Below the pieces are notes generated by a model that was not told where the DNA came from, made no database searches, and saw only the letters and a list, made by a program, of their open reading frames with translations. From IMG/VR virus record IMGVR_UViG_3300049009_000073, positions 1 through 36,642 of that record: a stretch of 36,642 nucleotides of DNA; one strand, given 5' to 3'. How positions within the stretch are numbered: the first letter of the stretch is position 1; the number at the start of each line of letters is the position of its first letter. Shown one piece after another: positions 17,383 through 26,489 of the stretch. The stretch is from a virus. Taxonomy: Duplodnaviria > Caudoviricetes. The position numbers and the translations under genes are program-made.

Positions 17383-17724
17383 TCAATTCTCCTGTAGGCA
17401 CTGGGCCAGTTTTTGCGCTTGAGCTACGTCCCCTGGCACAATTAAAACTTCGTCAATCTCATCCATATCAGTGCATTCTGTTGCATGAATGCAGTACCAC
17501 ACAACATCTGTCAGCGATTTTACGCCATGATGCTTGTCAGCTTCAATAGTCAAACAAGCTGGCGCGTGAATAATTTTGCGCTCGCCTTCAACCATCAACT
17601 CAATTGAACCACTGGCCAGAATCGACAAATGGCTGAACTTGTGCTTGTGTTGGACAAGCACATGACCGGCTGGAATAAACGTCTCTTTTGCGTAGACGCC
17701 TGCGCTGAAATGGTGGTTGATCAT
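17383..17724 (-). CDS. Cupin-fold (RmlC-like) protein
   Basis: IPAGHVLVQHKHKFSHLSILASG...APACLTIEADKHHGV cupin motifs. Confidence 0.8.
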   Translation of the reverse strand: MINHHFSAGVYAKETFIPAGHVLVQHKHKFSHLSILASGSIELMVEGERKIIHAPACLTIEADKHHGVKSLTDVVWYCIHATECTDMDEIDEVLIVPGDVAQAQKLAQCLQEN

Positions 17725-20700
17725 AAAGCCGCAATCACAAAGGCTAACAATTCTTCGTAGCGTACACCAAGAGTGGTTACGCCGTCCACAGTATCCGAGC
17801 AGAACACGCCATAGTCGCTGGCGTTCAAGCCTTCAGCCGCAAAGGCCGCCTGCACGTCTTGCGCCATGACGCCGATGTGTTTGCGTGCGCCTGCGCCCTT
17901 GGCCGCCACGGCGTCCTTGAACTTGAAGGTCTTGAACAAGCCCTTGATGCGTCTGGCCACAGCCAACTCAGCGGCTGTCAGGTCAGCAATCTCAGTCTTC
18001 TGGGTTGCGTCAGATGTGTTGATTGTGCCAGTTGTGGCGTACACAGTTGACCAACGGAATGTTGCAGCGCCGCAAGTCATTGCACCGTCGTTGCTAGGCG
18101 CAAACGCGGAACTGCCGTTAACAAAAATGCCTTGGCCAGAACTGTTGCCAAGCGCTACCAAACTGTTTGACGACAACAGCGTGTAACTGCTGGTTGACAG
18201 CGTTGCGCCAGACAAGTTGGCCGCAGTTGAGGCGCTTGTTGCAGTGGCTGCGCTTGTGGCGCTAGATGCAGAACCAGCAGACGTGGCAAAAGTTGCCGTC
18301 GCGGCGTTGCCAGTGGTGTTCTGGTTCAGCGTTGGGAACGTACAGTTAGCCAAGTTACCGCTAGAAGGCGTACCCAATGCACCGCCAGACGCCACGGGGG
18401 TAAACCCTAGCGCACCAGTAACGTCGCTGCTCAACAAAGTAACGGCGCCGGGTCGGCCATTGAAGCTAGTAACGCCGGCCGATGCGGGGGCGGCCCAAGT
18501 ACCGTCGTTTCGCAAAAATAATGTGGTGTTGCCAGTTGGCGCAGTGATAGAGTAACCGTTCCAAATAAACTGGTTTTTCAAATAGATAGTTTTCCAAGTG
18601 AAGCCAGATGCGCCCAAGTTAATGGTGTCGTCAACCGCAGGGATAAACGACGTAAAGCCGCCGCCAGTAAACACGGCCACAAAACTGGTCGAATTACCAA
18701 ACGCCGCAGTTGCAGTGGTCGACAAAATGCCGGGGTAGCTACTGCCAGTTACTTGACCAACGGTTAAGTTGTTGATTGTCTGGTTTGCAGTGAAAGTATT
18801 GGTTGCGCCAATGTTGGCGGGGGTGTAACCCAATGAACTAACAATGTCAGCGTTAGTCAGCACAACCACGCCAGTCTGGCCGTTAACCGATACGACGCCG
18901 CCGCCTGCGGCTGGAGGAACTGCCCAAGTGCCGTCATTACGCAAGAACTTGGTTGTGTCGCCTGTTGGCTGAACAATACCGTAGCCGTTCCACGTCATTG
19001 TGTTGCTTAGATAGAAACCGTTCCAGCGTTTTGTAACACCGCCCAACACCAAAGCGTTAGCAGCGCTGCTGTCTGCGCTAGGTTGGAAGTTGTTCAAGTT
19101 AAAGTCAATGGCGCGGGGTGTAGCTGCTAGACCGTTGTTGGTCAAATACATTGTGCCGTCGTAGGTGGCCACGCCCATGGGGCCGCCGGGAGCCGCGCCG
19201 CCCACGCCAATACCGTTACCAGCAGCAGTCTGGCCAAACACGCCATTAAGCGTTGTGATGTTGCCAGCCGCAGTGACTTGCGCCAAAGTTGGCGTTACGC
19301 CGCCCGTGCCGTTGGCAGCCGCAGTGATTCGGCCTTGCGCGTCCACGGTGATGTTAGCTGATGTGTACACACCCGCAGTCACGGTGGTGTTGTTCAAACT
19401 AATCGTGCCAGACGTTGTGATCGTGCCACCGTTTAAACCCGTGCCAGCAATGATGCTAGTAACTGTGCCGCCACCTGTGCCTGTGGCTGCTGCCCAAGTG
19501 CCATCATTACGCAAAAACAATGTTGTGCTACCTGTTGGCGCAGGGATCGCGTAGCCGTTCCAAGTAAAAGCGTTCTTTAAATAAAAGCCGTTCCAGTTGT
19601 TAACAGAACCGCCCAATGTGACTGCGTTGACAGCAGAACTGTCCACAATTGGCTGAAAATTAGCGCCATTAAAATCAATGACGTAAGGGTTGGCTGCCAA
19701 ACCGTTGTTAGTTATAAATAGCCTGCCAGCATAAGCAGCGATACCAGAAGCAGTCGCGCCAGCATAAGTGCCGCCACCAATACCAATACCATCGGTTGAT
19801 GGTGTTGTTTGATTAAAAATTGCGTTTAGCGTAGATATATTGCCAGCTGTTAAGACAGACTGCAATGTGCCACCGCCACCGCCACCGCCAATGGGCGTAC
19901 CAGCCAAGTCAGCGTAAACAGATGCCTCAACAATGCCTTCAAAACGATTGGGCGCGCCTTGTTTGTATTTGTCTACGCTGCTGTAGTACGTGCAGCCCAC
20001 CATAGCTAGCTTAAAGTCGCCGGCCACGTTGTTGATTGTGGGGCGCGTGCCGCTAGGCGTATAACCTGACAAGCCAGCAAAACCAACTGCATCCATTGTG
20101 ATTGGGAATGCGTAACTGGACAGTGAAGCGGCCAAATAGATTTGCTGCTGTGGGTAGCTAGTGCCAACAACCGTAAAACTGCAACCGCTTAATACGCCGT
20201 TGATGCCGGGGCGTGAGACAGTCTGCTGCACTTGAAACTGTGCTTGTCCACCATTGGCTTCAAAGTAAACGCCAGTGATGTTAAATCCGCTAGCAGACTG
20301 CTGGGCAAGTTTGCCGCCCACGTCCACTAAAGCCAAGCCCCACTTGCCGCTAGACAAGTCAGTGCCAAAACCGTTGGCTTCAATAGAGCCGCCTGTGTAG
20401 TTAAACGTGCCCGCGCCAATGACCTTGCCGCCATACGAGTCGTTGTTGCCAACGGTACAGTTGGACATGGTGATGGCGTTGGGTTCAGACACAAAACCAA
20501 ACGCTGCGTTAGGCTCAAAGTAAAAACCGCCGTCGTTAAAGCGAATGACCAAGTCATTGAACGTAGACGACAAAACGTTTGCGCCATACAGGCCAGTTGA
20601 CCAGCCTGCAAGGTAGACGTTGTTAATCGTGACAAACGCAATGTCTTTAAGCGCAATGCCCAGCTTGTTCTTTTGGTAGCCGTACAAAGTAAAATCTTGA

Positions 20701-21428
20701 AACAAGCAGTAGCCGGCTGGCTGTGGATCGTGTCCAATAATTTCAATACCATTAGAGTTGGTTGTTTGGTAAATGGACGTAGCACCCATGCCGTCACCAG
20801 ACATTGAAGGGCGCTTGACGGGATCTACTACGCCACTGTTCATAGTAAACACAAGCGCCGCTGAGATTTTGTATGTGCCTGCGGGAAGGTAGACGTTGCC
20901 GCCATAAGTGCAAGCCAAGTTGATGGCCGCTTGGATAGCTGACGTGTCGTCTGTTGTGCCGTCGCCTTTGGCGCCGAAGTCTTTGACTGACACCAAGTCT
21001 TGCATCTTGTTGTTCAAGGTCTTGCCAACAGCGCCAGGCATAATACCCAAAGCGTAGGTTTGCTTAAATCCAATAAGCGCGTCGCCTAGCGTAATGTCAG
21101 ACTGGTTGGCCAATTGCGCAGCCAACGTGTTGGCGTTACTGATGCCGGGAATGTTGTCCCATGAACCAATCTGCACCTCGTTGGCGTCTTCCAAAATAAA
21201 CTTGTACAAGTCGCCTGCTTCAAGCCAGACTTCTTCTTCCACACGTCCGGCTGCGTTTAAAACAATAGGGTTACTGTTGGCTGTCAGGCCAGTGGCAGAT
21301 GTGTAGGTGGTGGCCGCAGTCGTTGTTCCAGCGGCATAGGTGTAAATCAAACCGCCTGCCAATGGCACGCCGTTGTCGTCAAAGAATTGTGCGCCAGCGC
21401 CTGCAAATAGGGAAATGTCGACGGTCAT
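17721..21428 (-). CDS. Tailspike/tail fibre: virion-binding N-terminus, pectate-lyase-like beta-helix, repeated modules, C-terminal S74 autocleaving chaperone
   Basis: NPIVLNAAGR; VSVKDFGAKGDGTTDDTSAIQAA...VYLPAGTY; three FLRNDGTWA modules; TSDATQKTEI...HIGVMAQDV...GVRYEEL. Confidence 0.9.
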   Translation of the reverse strand: MTVDISLFAGAGAQFFDDNGVPLAGGLIYTYAAGTTTAATTYTSATGLTANSNPIVLNAAGRVEEEVWLEAGDLYKFILEDANEVQIGSWDNIPGISNANTLAAQLANQSDITLGDALIGFKQTYALGIMPGAVGKTLNNKMQDLVSVKDFGAKGDGTTDDTSAIQAAINLACTYGGNVYLPAGTYKISAALVFTMNSGVVDPVKRPSMSGDGMGATSIYQTTNSNGIEIIGHDPQPAGYCLFQDFTLYGYQKNKLGIALKDIAFVTINNVYLAGWSTGLYGANVLSSTFNDLVIRFNDGGFYFEPNAAFGFVSEPNAITMSNCTVGNNDSYGGKVIGAGTFNYTGGSIEANGFGTDLSSGKWGLALVDVGGKLAQQSASGFNITGVYFEANGGQAQFQVQQTVSRPGINGVLSGCSFTVVGTSYPQQQIYLAASLSSYAFPITMDAVGFAGLSGYTPSGTRPTINNVAGDFKLAMVGCTYYSSVDKYKQGAPNRFEGIVEASVYADLAGTPIGGGGGGGTLQSVLTAGNISTLNAIFNQTTPSTDGIGIGGGTYAGATASGIAAYAGRLFITNNGLAANPYVIDFNGANFQPIVDSSAVNAVTLGGSVNNWNGFYLKNAFTWNGYAIPAPTGSTTLFLRNDGTWAAATGTGGGTVTSIIAGTGLNGGTITTSGTISLNNTTVTAGVYTSANITVDAQGRITAAANGTGGVTPTLAQVTAAGNITTLNGVFGQTAAGNGIGVGGAAPGGPMGVATYDGTMYLTNNGLAATPRAIDFNLNNFQPSADSSAANALVLGGVTKRWNGFYLSNTMTWNGYGIVQPTGDTTKFLRNDGTWAVPPAAGGGVVSVNGQTGVVVLTNADIVSSLGYTPANIGATNTFTANQTINNLTVGQVTGSSYPGILSTTATAAFGNSTSFVAVFTGGGFTSFIPAVDDTINLGASGFTWKTIYLKNQFIWNGYSITAPTGNTTLFLRNDGTWAAPASAGVTSFNGRPGAVTLLSSDVTGALGFTPVASGGALGTPSSGNLANCTFPTLNQNTTGNAATATFATSAGSASSATSAATATSASTAANLSGATLSTSSYTLLSSNSLVALGNSSGQGIFVNGSSAFAPSNDGAMTCGAATFRWSTVYATTGTINTSDATQKTEIADLTAAELAVARRIKGLFKTFKFKDAVAAKGAGARKHIGVMAQDVQAAFAAEGLNASDYGVFCSDTVDGVTTLGVRYEELLAFVIAAL

Positions 21429-21437
21429 TTTCGTTCC

Positions 21438-22112
21438 TTAAACAATGCTCGTAATGATACCGTTTACCACGGTAATAGTCTTTGAATCGGCAGAGGTAAA
21501 TGTACCCGAAGCGCCAGTGTTTTGGGTGGCCATTGTGCCAAGGCCAAGGTTTGTTCTAGCGTTTGGTGCAGTCGTTGCACCTGTGCCGCCATTTGCTACC
21601 GCAATTGCTGTGGCGTTCCATGTGCCAACTGTCAGCGTCCCCACGCCTGTGATGCCGGTATATGACCCAGATATACGGGCGGTGTTAATCGTGCCAGTGG
21701 TGATCTGCGCCGCATCAATGGCAATTGGCGTATTAACCGAACTGGTCAAACGGCCTTGGGCGTTGACGGCGTAAGTCGGTACGTTAGACGCCGTGCCATA
21801 CGTGCCTGCGGTCACGCCTGTGTTAGTTAATGCTAATGTAATTGAGCCGGGTGCATTTGTAATGTTGATGCCCGTGCCTTGCGTCAGTGTGTTTAGTTTG
21901 TACGTGCCCGTGTCGCCAATCAGCAACTGACCATCTGTCGGTATGCCGTCCACACCCGTGCCGCCATTGGCCGGGGCGATAATGCCTGTGCCGTCGCCGC
22001 AGATGGTGTAAATGTTGTTAAGAAACCGGAACCATTCACGCGAGATCGTGCCCGTGCGCTCGTCCATAAACGGCACGCGTGGGGCGGGGATCTGGGTGAT
22101 ATTGCTAGGCAT
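21438..22112 (-). CDS. Short fibre-like tail protein in the gp26 needle position (224 aa)
   Basis: Start moved to MPSNITQIPAPR (overlaps the gp10 stop); ISREWFRFL N-terminus; ANGGTG fibre repeats. Confidence 0.7.
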   Translation of the reverse strand: MPSNITQIPAPRVPFMDERTGTISREWFRFLNNIYTICGDGTGIIAPANGGTGVDGIPTDGQLLIGDTGTYKLNTLTQGTGINITNAPGSITLALTNTGVTAGTYGTASNVPTYAVNAQGRLTSSVNTPIAIDAAQITTGTINTARISGSYTGITGVGTLTVGTWNATAIAVANGGTGATTAPNARTNLGLGTMATQNTGASGTFTSADSKTITVVNGIITSIV

Positions 22113-23640
22113 TTGTCGGACTTGCGTGGAGTTCTGCGCCCATGATGGCGATCTTGACGGGGTCAGTGCCTGACACCTCATAGACCCTGTCACGGATGCG
22201 AGTGGTCATGCCAAGGCGACGCCACATGATCCGCTGGCCAAACCGACCAATGCCGCCCATGGACGTCCAATGTTCGTTTGACCAGTTGTGGCCGCCGTCG
22301 TCTGACCAGCGCAGCATAACTTGAGGATCAGCAATAACAGATGATGTAATGTCAGTTGCAAGATAGTTGCCGTTTTCAGTAATCAGGTTATCGCCGTCTT
22401 GCGTGACCAAAAAGAATACCTGCTCAGTTGTAAAGCCGTTTAAACCTACGCCAGACTCAGCATCTAGTTGCAGGCTGTGCTGGGCGGTACGCTTGAGCGT
22501 ATTCTGGCCAGTAGGAATAGCGCGCCATGAACGCAACCACTTTTGTGGATTGCCGTTGTCTGCATAGACGTCAAGGCTGTACTTGTAAATGTTGCCGTTT
22601 TCAAAGTCGCCAACGATTGTCTCACCGCCAAAGTTGCACTGGCAGTTGGAACGGTGACGTGTAAATGCACCGTTGAGCAGCCCCGCACGCTCATGCCACG
22701 CCTGTGTAGCGGCGTCATAAACCCAAGTTGCGTTGGCGCTTGGGAATGTCAGGACGTAAAAGCCGTGGCCTTCTTGCTGGTATGTGTAGGCCAGAGCGTC
22801 AGAGATGTTGCCGTACTGGGCAATGGCATATTCGATGGCATGAGTAGAAACCCTTTGTCCAGTGTAGCCGTTGGCCTTGTAGACAATACCTTGGCCACGG
22901 GCGTCAGTGCCAAGCCAGAATAAGCTGTTGTCTAGTTTGGCAATAGAAAATGCGGCCACACAGCCGATCTCGTTAAACGCGCCTTGGATACGCTGGAGTG
23001 GGAAGTCTGTGCCGCCCACGTCGTACCAAACTTCAACCGAGTCAGTACCAAACAACCAAGCCTCGCGGTGATCCACATTGACCGCCACCAAGCCGTCAGG
23101 TGAGCCTTCAGCGCTTGCAAAATCAAGCGGGTCAATGGATGAGCCGTCAAGCAGTTGAGTGACCCACACGCGCTGGCTATTTGGCTCGTTAAAGACGAAA
23201 TAACCATCAAGGTAGCCCACGGTCACGGCGCCGGGGAAATCAACGTCTGTGATCTGTTTAAACTCGTTTGTGGCTTCGTTGTAGATGTAGCTGGGGCCGT
23301 TGCAAGCAAAGAACAGTTGCGTGCCGTTGTCAGCAATTGACACGGGCCCGCCATCAATGACGTCGCCCAACTTGACTGGCGTGGCCGACGTGCTGGTCAT
23401 CTTGTAGACTTCAGTGCCAGATACGACATAAAAGTCTGCACCATTGGTTTGGTGCGCCCACAATGCGCGGATGGGGCCAGAGCCGATTGTCTGGAGCAGC
23501 TCTAAGCCTGGAGCGCGGTTAAGAAAGCCAGGTTCTTTGCCGCCTTCAGGGATAACCTCGGGGAACAAATTGATCATTCGGTTGTCCGCAGCATTGACGC
23601 TGCGGGCAACGTAGCTGGAGCCAAGGATCGGCGTTTTCAT
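22105..23640 (-). CDS. Tail hub/packaged-DNA stabilisation protein, P22 gp10-like
   Basis: SIADNG, YLDGYFVF, FASAEGSPD, YQQEGHGFYVLTFP, WSDDGGHNW, WRRLG; TGATG overlap with the upstream gene. Confidence 0.9.
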   Translation of the reverse strand: MKTPILGSSYVARSVNAADNRMINLFPEVIPEGGKEPGFLNRAPGLELLQTIGSGPIRALWAHQTNGADFYVVSGTEVYKMTSTSATPVKLGDVIDGGPVSIADNGTQLFFACNGPSYIYNEATNEFKQITDVDFPGAVTVGYLDGYFVFNEPNSQRVWVTQLLDGSSIDPLDFASAEGSPDGLVAVNVDHREAWLFGTDSVEVWYDVGGTDFPLQRIQGAFNEIGCVAAFSIAKLDNSLFWLGTDARGQGIVYKANGYTGQRVSTHAIEYAIAQYGNISDALAYTYQQEGHGFYVLTFPSANATWVYDAATQAWHERAGLLNGAFTRHRSNCQCNFGGETIVGDFENGNIYKYSLDVYADNGNPQKWLRSWRAIPTGQNTLKRTAQHSLQLDAESGVGLNGFTTEQVFFLVTQDGDNLITENGNYLATDITSSVIADPQVMLRWSDDGGHNWSNEHWTSMGGIGRFGQRIMWRRLGMTTRIRDRVYEVSGTDPVKIAIMGAELHASPTNA

Positions 23641-24353
23641 CAATAATTACCGGCATAAATGTTGAAACGCTGGCGGTTGGCCACCAATGCGTAAGGCAAA
23701 GCCATCACATCGTCAGGATTGTTGATGCGCTTCAAGTCACGCTTAGAAGTCATGGCAATGCGTTGCACCTGTGGGCTTGGCTCAACGCCAAACTCAGGGG
23801 CAAATTCCATAGCCAAATTGTAGGTGAACGCCCGCAGATAGCCAGGGGGGAAATGCAACGCCGTGGCCAATGTGGCCGGTTGCGTGAGTTCTTCCACCGA
23901 CACAATGTGCCACTCCAAGTCCTGCGTAGGACGTGGGTAGACAGTCAGTGTAATGTCGGGATACCCCATGTTGACCCACATGACTTGCGGGTACGTGGAC
24001 GTTACAGTCTTAACAGCAATACCGTTGTACTGCTGTTGATTGATCATTTTGATGCCATACGACACGCCGTTCGGCGCTTTGAAGTATGTCGCGTCGTCCA
24101 CTAAGATTGGACGGTTGCCTACAAAGTCGCCAGAGGGGCCAAGGGTGCGGCTAAGAAGGCTGGCTGGCCATGTAAAGACTTGGTCTTGGGTGTAAAACAC
24201 AGACAGACGTTCTGTGTTCCAACTTTCGATCATTTGGTTCATCGCCATCAAGGCGTCTTGCGACATAGCCGCAGATGGCGTCTCGGCCTCGGCCAGAATA
24301 CCCAGCAGGCGAAGCGCCCGATTTATTTGATCACCAGCCGTGTATGTCGACAT
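23640..24353 (-). CDS. Head-to-tail adaptor, P22 gp4-like
   Basis: TAGDQINRALRLLG...DALMAMNQMIESW...YNLAMEFAPEFG; directly upstream of gp10. Confidence 0.8.
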   Translation of the reverse strand: MSTYTAGDQINRALRLLGILAEAETPSAAMSQDALMAMNQMIESWNTERLSVFYTQDQVFTWPASLLSRTLGPSGDFVGNRPILVDDATYFKAPNGVSYGIKMINQQQYNGIAVKTVTSTYPQVMWVNMGYPDITLTVYPRPTQDLEWHIVSVEELTQPATLATALHFPPGYLRAFTYNLAMEFAPEFGVEPSPQVQRIAMTSKRDLKRINNPDDVMALPYALVANRQRFNIYAGNY

Positions 24354-24355
24354 GT

Positions 24356-24544
24356 TCAGACTCCTTCGATTGCTTCCTCTGCCGGTTTACGGCGGCGCTT
24401 TGTCTCCAGTGTGTTTACGGGAGCCGCCTGAACAGGCGTGTCTGGATTGTAGCGCGTCCAGCCATTATTTTCATCTGCTACGGCCTCAAGTTCCATTGTT
24501 GCAACTTTGGCGCCGTGGACAGGGTGTACAAGTGTAATGTTCAT
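24356..24544 (-). CDS. Hypothetical protein (62 aa)
   Basis: ORF track; basic/acidic tail; fills the gap. Confidence 0.7.
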   Translation of the reverse strand: MNITLVHPVHGAKVATMELEAVADENNGWTRYNPDTPVQAAPVNTLETKRRRKPAEEAIEGV

Positions 24545-24546
24545 AA

Positions 24547-24573
24547 TAGAAAGGGGGTGATTAGCCCCCTTTT
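24547..24573 (-). terminator. Probable terminator/attenuator after the head genes
   Basis: Minus strand AAAGGGGG-CTAATCA-CCCCCTTT followed by CTATT. Confidence 0.6.
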
Positions 24574-24576
24574 GGT

Positions 24577-24798
24577 TTAGGCTGTAATGCCAATGTTTTT
24601 GAGCGCAACGCGAAGCGCGTTGATGGCGGTTGCTAGTTCAGTACCAGTAGCGGTATTGCCGACGGCAGTAATAGCGGCGGCTTGGGTAACAGGCGTAGTG
24701 CCGTAAAAGCCAGCAGTGCCGCCAGTTTTACCCATGATTGCGCCATCAAGTTGCTGATCTTCGTAAGCAACACCGATAGGTTTAGTATTTGTAGGCAT
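24577..24798 (-). CDS. Small virion protein, probable head decoration or fibre (73 aa)
   Basis: AGFYGTTPVTQ...INALRVALKNIGI; downstream of the coat gene. Confidence 0.65.
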   Translation of the reverse strand: MPTNTKPIGVAYEDQQLDGAIMGKTGGTAGFYGTTPVTQAAAITAVGNTATGTELATAINALRVALKNIGITA

Positions 24799-24811
24799 GA
24801 TTGTTTCCTTT

Positions 24812-24836
24812 AAAAATGAGGGCCGAAGCCCCCATT
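24812..24836 (-). terminator. Rho-independent terminator with cUUCGg tetraloop
   Basis: Minus strand AATGGGGGC-TTCG-GCCCTCATT followed by TTT. Confidence 0.8.
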
Positions 24837-24838
24837 AT

Positions 24839-25246
24839 TTAGCCTAAACGATACACAACGTAAGTACCGTCACCAGTCTTACGGAAGCGGAACAATTGGC
24901 TGGTTGTCACAGCGATAGCAACCAAAGCGTTGCCGCCATCGGTTACACCAGTGTTAACAGCCAAAGTCACCGCGCCGGAACTGGTTCCGATGTTGACGAT
25001 TGACAGGTCAAACGTACTGCCAACAGTAGCGTTAGGAACTGCGGCGTCGATTGCTGTGCCCAAAGGCAACGTGTATGTCGCAGCAGATGTAGAGGGGTTA
25101 GCCACCAACATCTGATTAACAATTTGCGCTGCCGTTAGGGTTGCAGTAGCCGTAGCTGTCTGAGGGGCGGCCATTGCGCCCATGATAGTTTCTTGACGGT
25201 TTCCTGCACCAACTTGGTACCCGCCTGCGCCATTAGGTAAAGCCAT
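24839..25246 (-). CDS. Probable capsid decoration/cement protein (135 aa)
   Basis: Ala/Thr-rich beta protein immediately after the coat gene and before the first terminator. Confidence 0.65.
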   Translation of the reverse strand: MALPNGAGGYQVGAGNRQETIMGAMAAPQTATATATLTAAQIVNQMLVANPSTSAATYTLPLGTAIDAAVPNATVGSTFDLSIVNIGTSSGAVTLAVNTGVTDGGNALVAIAVTTSQLFRFRKTGDGTYVVYRLG

Positions 25247-25271
25247 GATAATTTCCTTTCAATGTTAAAAA

Positions 25272-26471
25272 TTAACCCCAGACGCGGCAAGCCATCTGTG
25301 GACGAATGGTGCTGTAGCCATACAAAACGTCGATACGGCAAGGCATACGGTCGTTGTTGATGTCGTACTGGCGAACCACACGCAAAGAAATACCATTGTG
25401 AACGGCACGAGCAGCCATGTCGACGCCTTGGGGCAACAACAAGTCAGCAGTAGCGAACGTGATCGCATCTTTGTGGTAAACCAAGTTCTGAGCGTACTGG
25501 CTAGAAGCCGCACCCACGAACACTACAGCCTTGCTGTTAGCAGGCAATGTATTCATGGTTGCCAAAGCATTGGCAGCAGAATACATCGGTGCAACAGTCA
25601 CGGTGGCAGTTGTGGTAGATGTGGAAGAAGCCAAAGCTACGAACTGGAACAATGAACCAGTAGACTCACGAGTCTGTGGGTTAACAGCGTAGCAGTCAGC
25701 GATTGTGAACACGTCGCCGGGCAAAATGGTTTCGCCAGAGCCGACAGTCAGCGTCAAAGTAGCCGCGCCTTCAGTGGTCACAGCAGCGCCAGTAGTAGCA
25801 CCTGTAGCGGCGCGTGTACCAGTTGTGAACTGCTTGATAGACTGAGACATGTTGACCTCGTCATAACCGAGAACACCAGTGCCCATCATGCCGTTCTTAA
25901 ACTGCTTGCTGATGGTGTCTGTAGGATTGAACAAACCCTTCATGCCTTCAACCAAACCAGCGTTAGCGGCTGGGTTGACGGTGGCGTAACGGGGGTTCAT
26001 CACAGCGGCGTTTTCGTTCAGCTTCTGCTGGGCTTGGAGCAAGACCAAAGAAGTTGAGGGTGTAGTGCCGGGTGTACCAACAGAGTTACCGATGTACTTG
26101 TACGCATTGGCCACGTCTGCATCAATGGAAGATGCCAACTGGCTGATACGAGGCTTTAACACACGCTCTGCGAAGTCGTCCAATTGCATGGTCAATTCAG
26201 CAGATGTGAAGTTAACACCGATGTGCTTTTGTGAAGCAACAGTCAATGTGGTGAACTGCTCGTTGTCGTCTTGAACTTGCAAGGCGGCGCCGTCAGTAAC
26301 CAAAGCGCGGTCAGGTAAACGGATACGCAGTGTGGAGCCGATCTTTGCGCCTTCGACAGCGAAAGAGTCGTCATACTGGCGGTTCACGTTGCGGGTGATC
26401 ACAAGGTTGTTCTCAAGAATTTCGAGAGCCTTACGTGTGATCATGTCAATCGTCAGAATACTATTAGACAT
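25272..26471 (-). CDS. Major capsid protein, P22 gp5-like
   Basis: 399 aa; KIGSTLRIRLP, FAERVLKP, YHKDAITFATADL, CRIDVLYG. Confidence 0.92.
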   Translation of the reverse strand: MSNSILTIDMITRKALEILENNLVITRNVNRQYDDSFAVEGAKIGSTLRIRLPDRALVTDGAALQVQDDNEQFTTLTVASQKHIGVNFTSAELTMQLDDFAERVLKPRISQLASSIDADVANAYKYIGNSVGTPGTTPSTSLVLLQAQQKLNENAAVMNPRYATVNPAANAGLVEGMKGLFNPTDTISKQFKNGMMGTGVLGYDEVNMSQSIKQFTTGTRAATGATTGAAVTTEGAATLTLTVGSGETILPGDVFTIADCYAVNPQTRESTGSLFQFVALASSTSTTTATVTVAPMYSAANALATMNTLPANSKAVVFVGAASSQYAQNLVYHKDAITFATADLLLPQGVDMAARAVHNGISLRVVRQYDINNDRMPCRIDVLYGYSTIRPQMACRVWG

Positions 26472-26489
26472 ATTAGTCCTTTCAAAAAA

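Noticed and set aside
25261-25290. Programmed frameshift extending the coat protein
   Set aside because: The alternative frame I checked stops within a few codons (GVNF-stop), and I saw no convincing slippery site joining it to the next gene.
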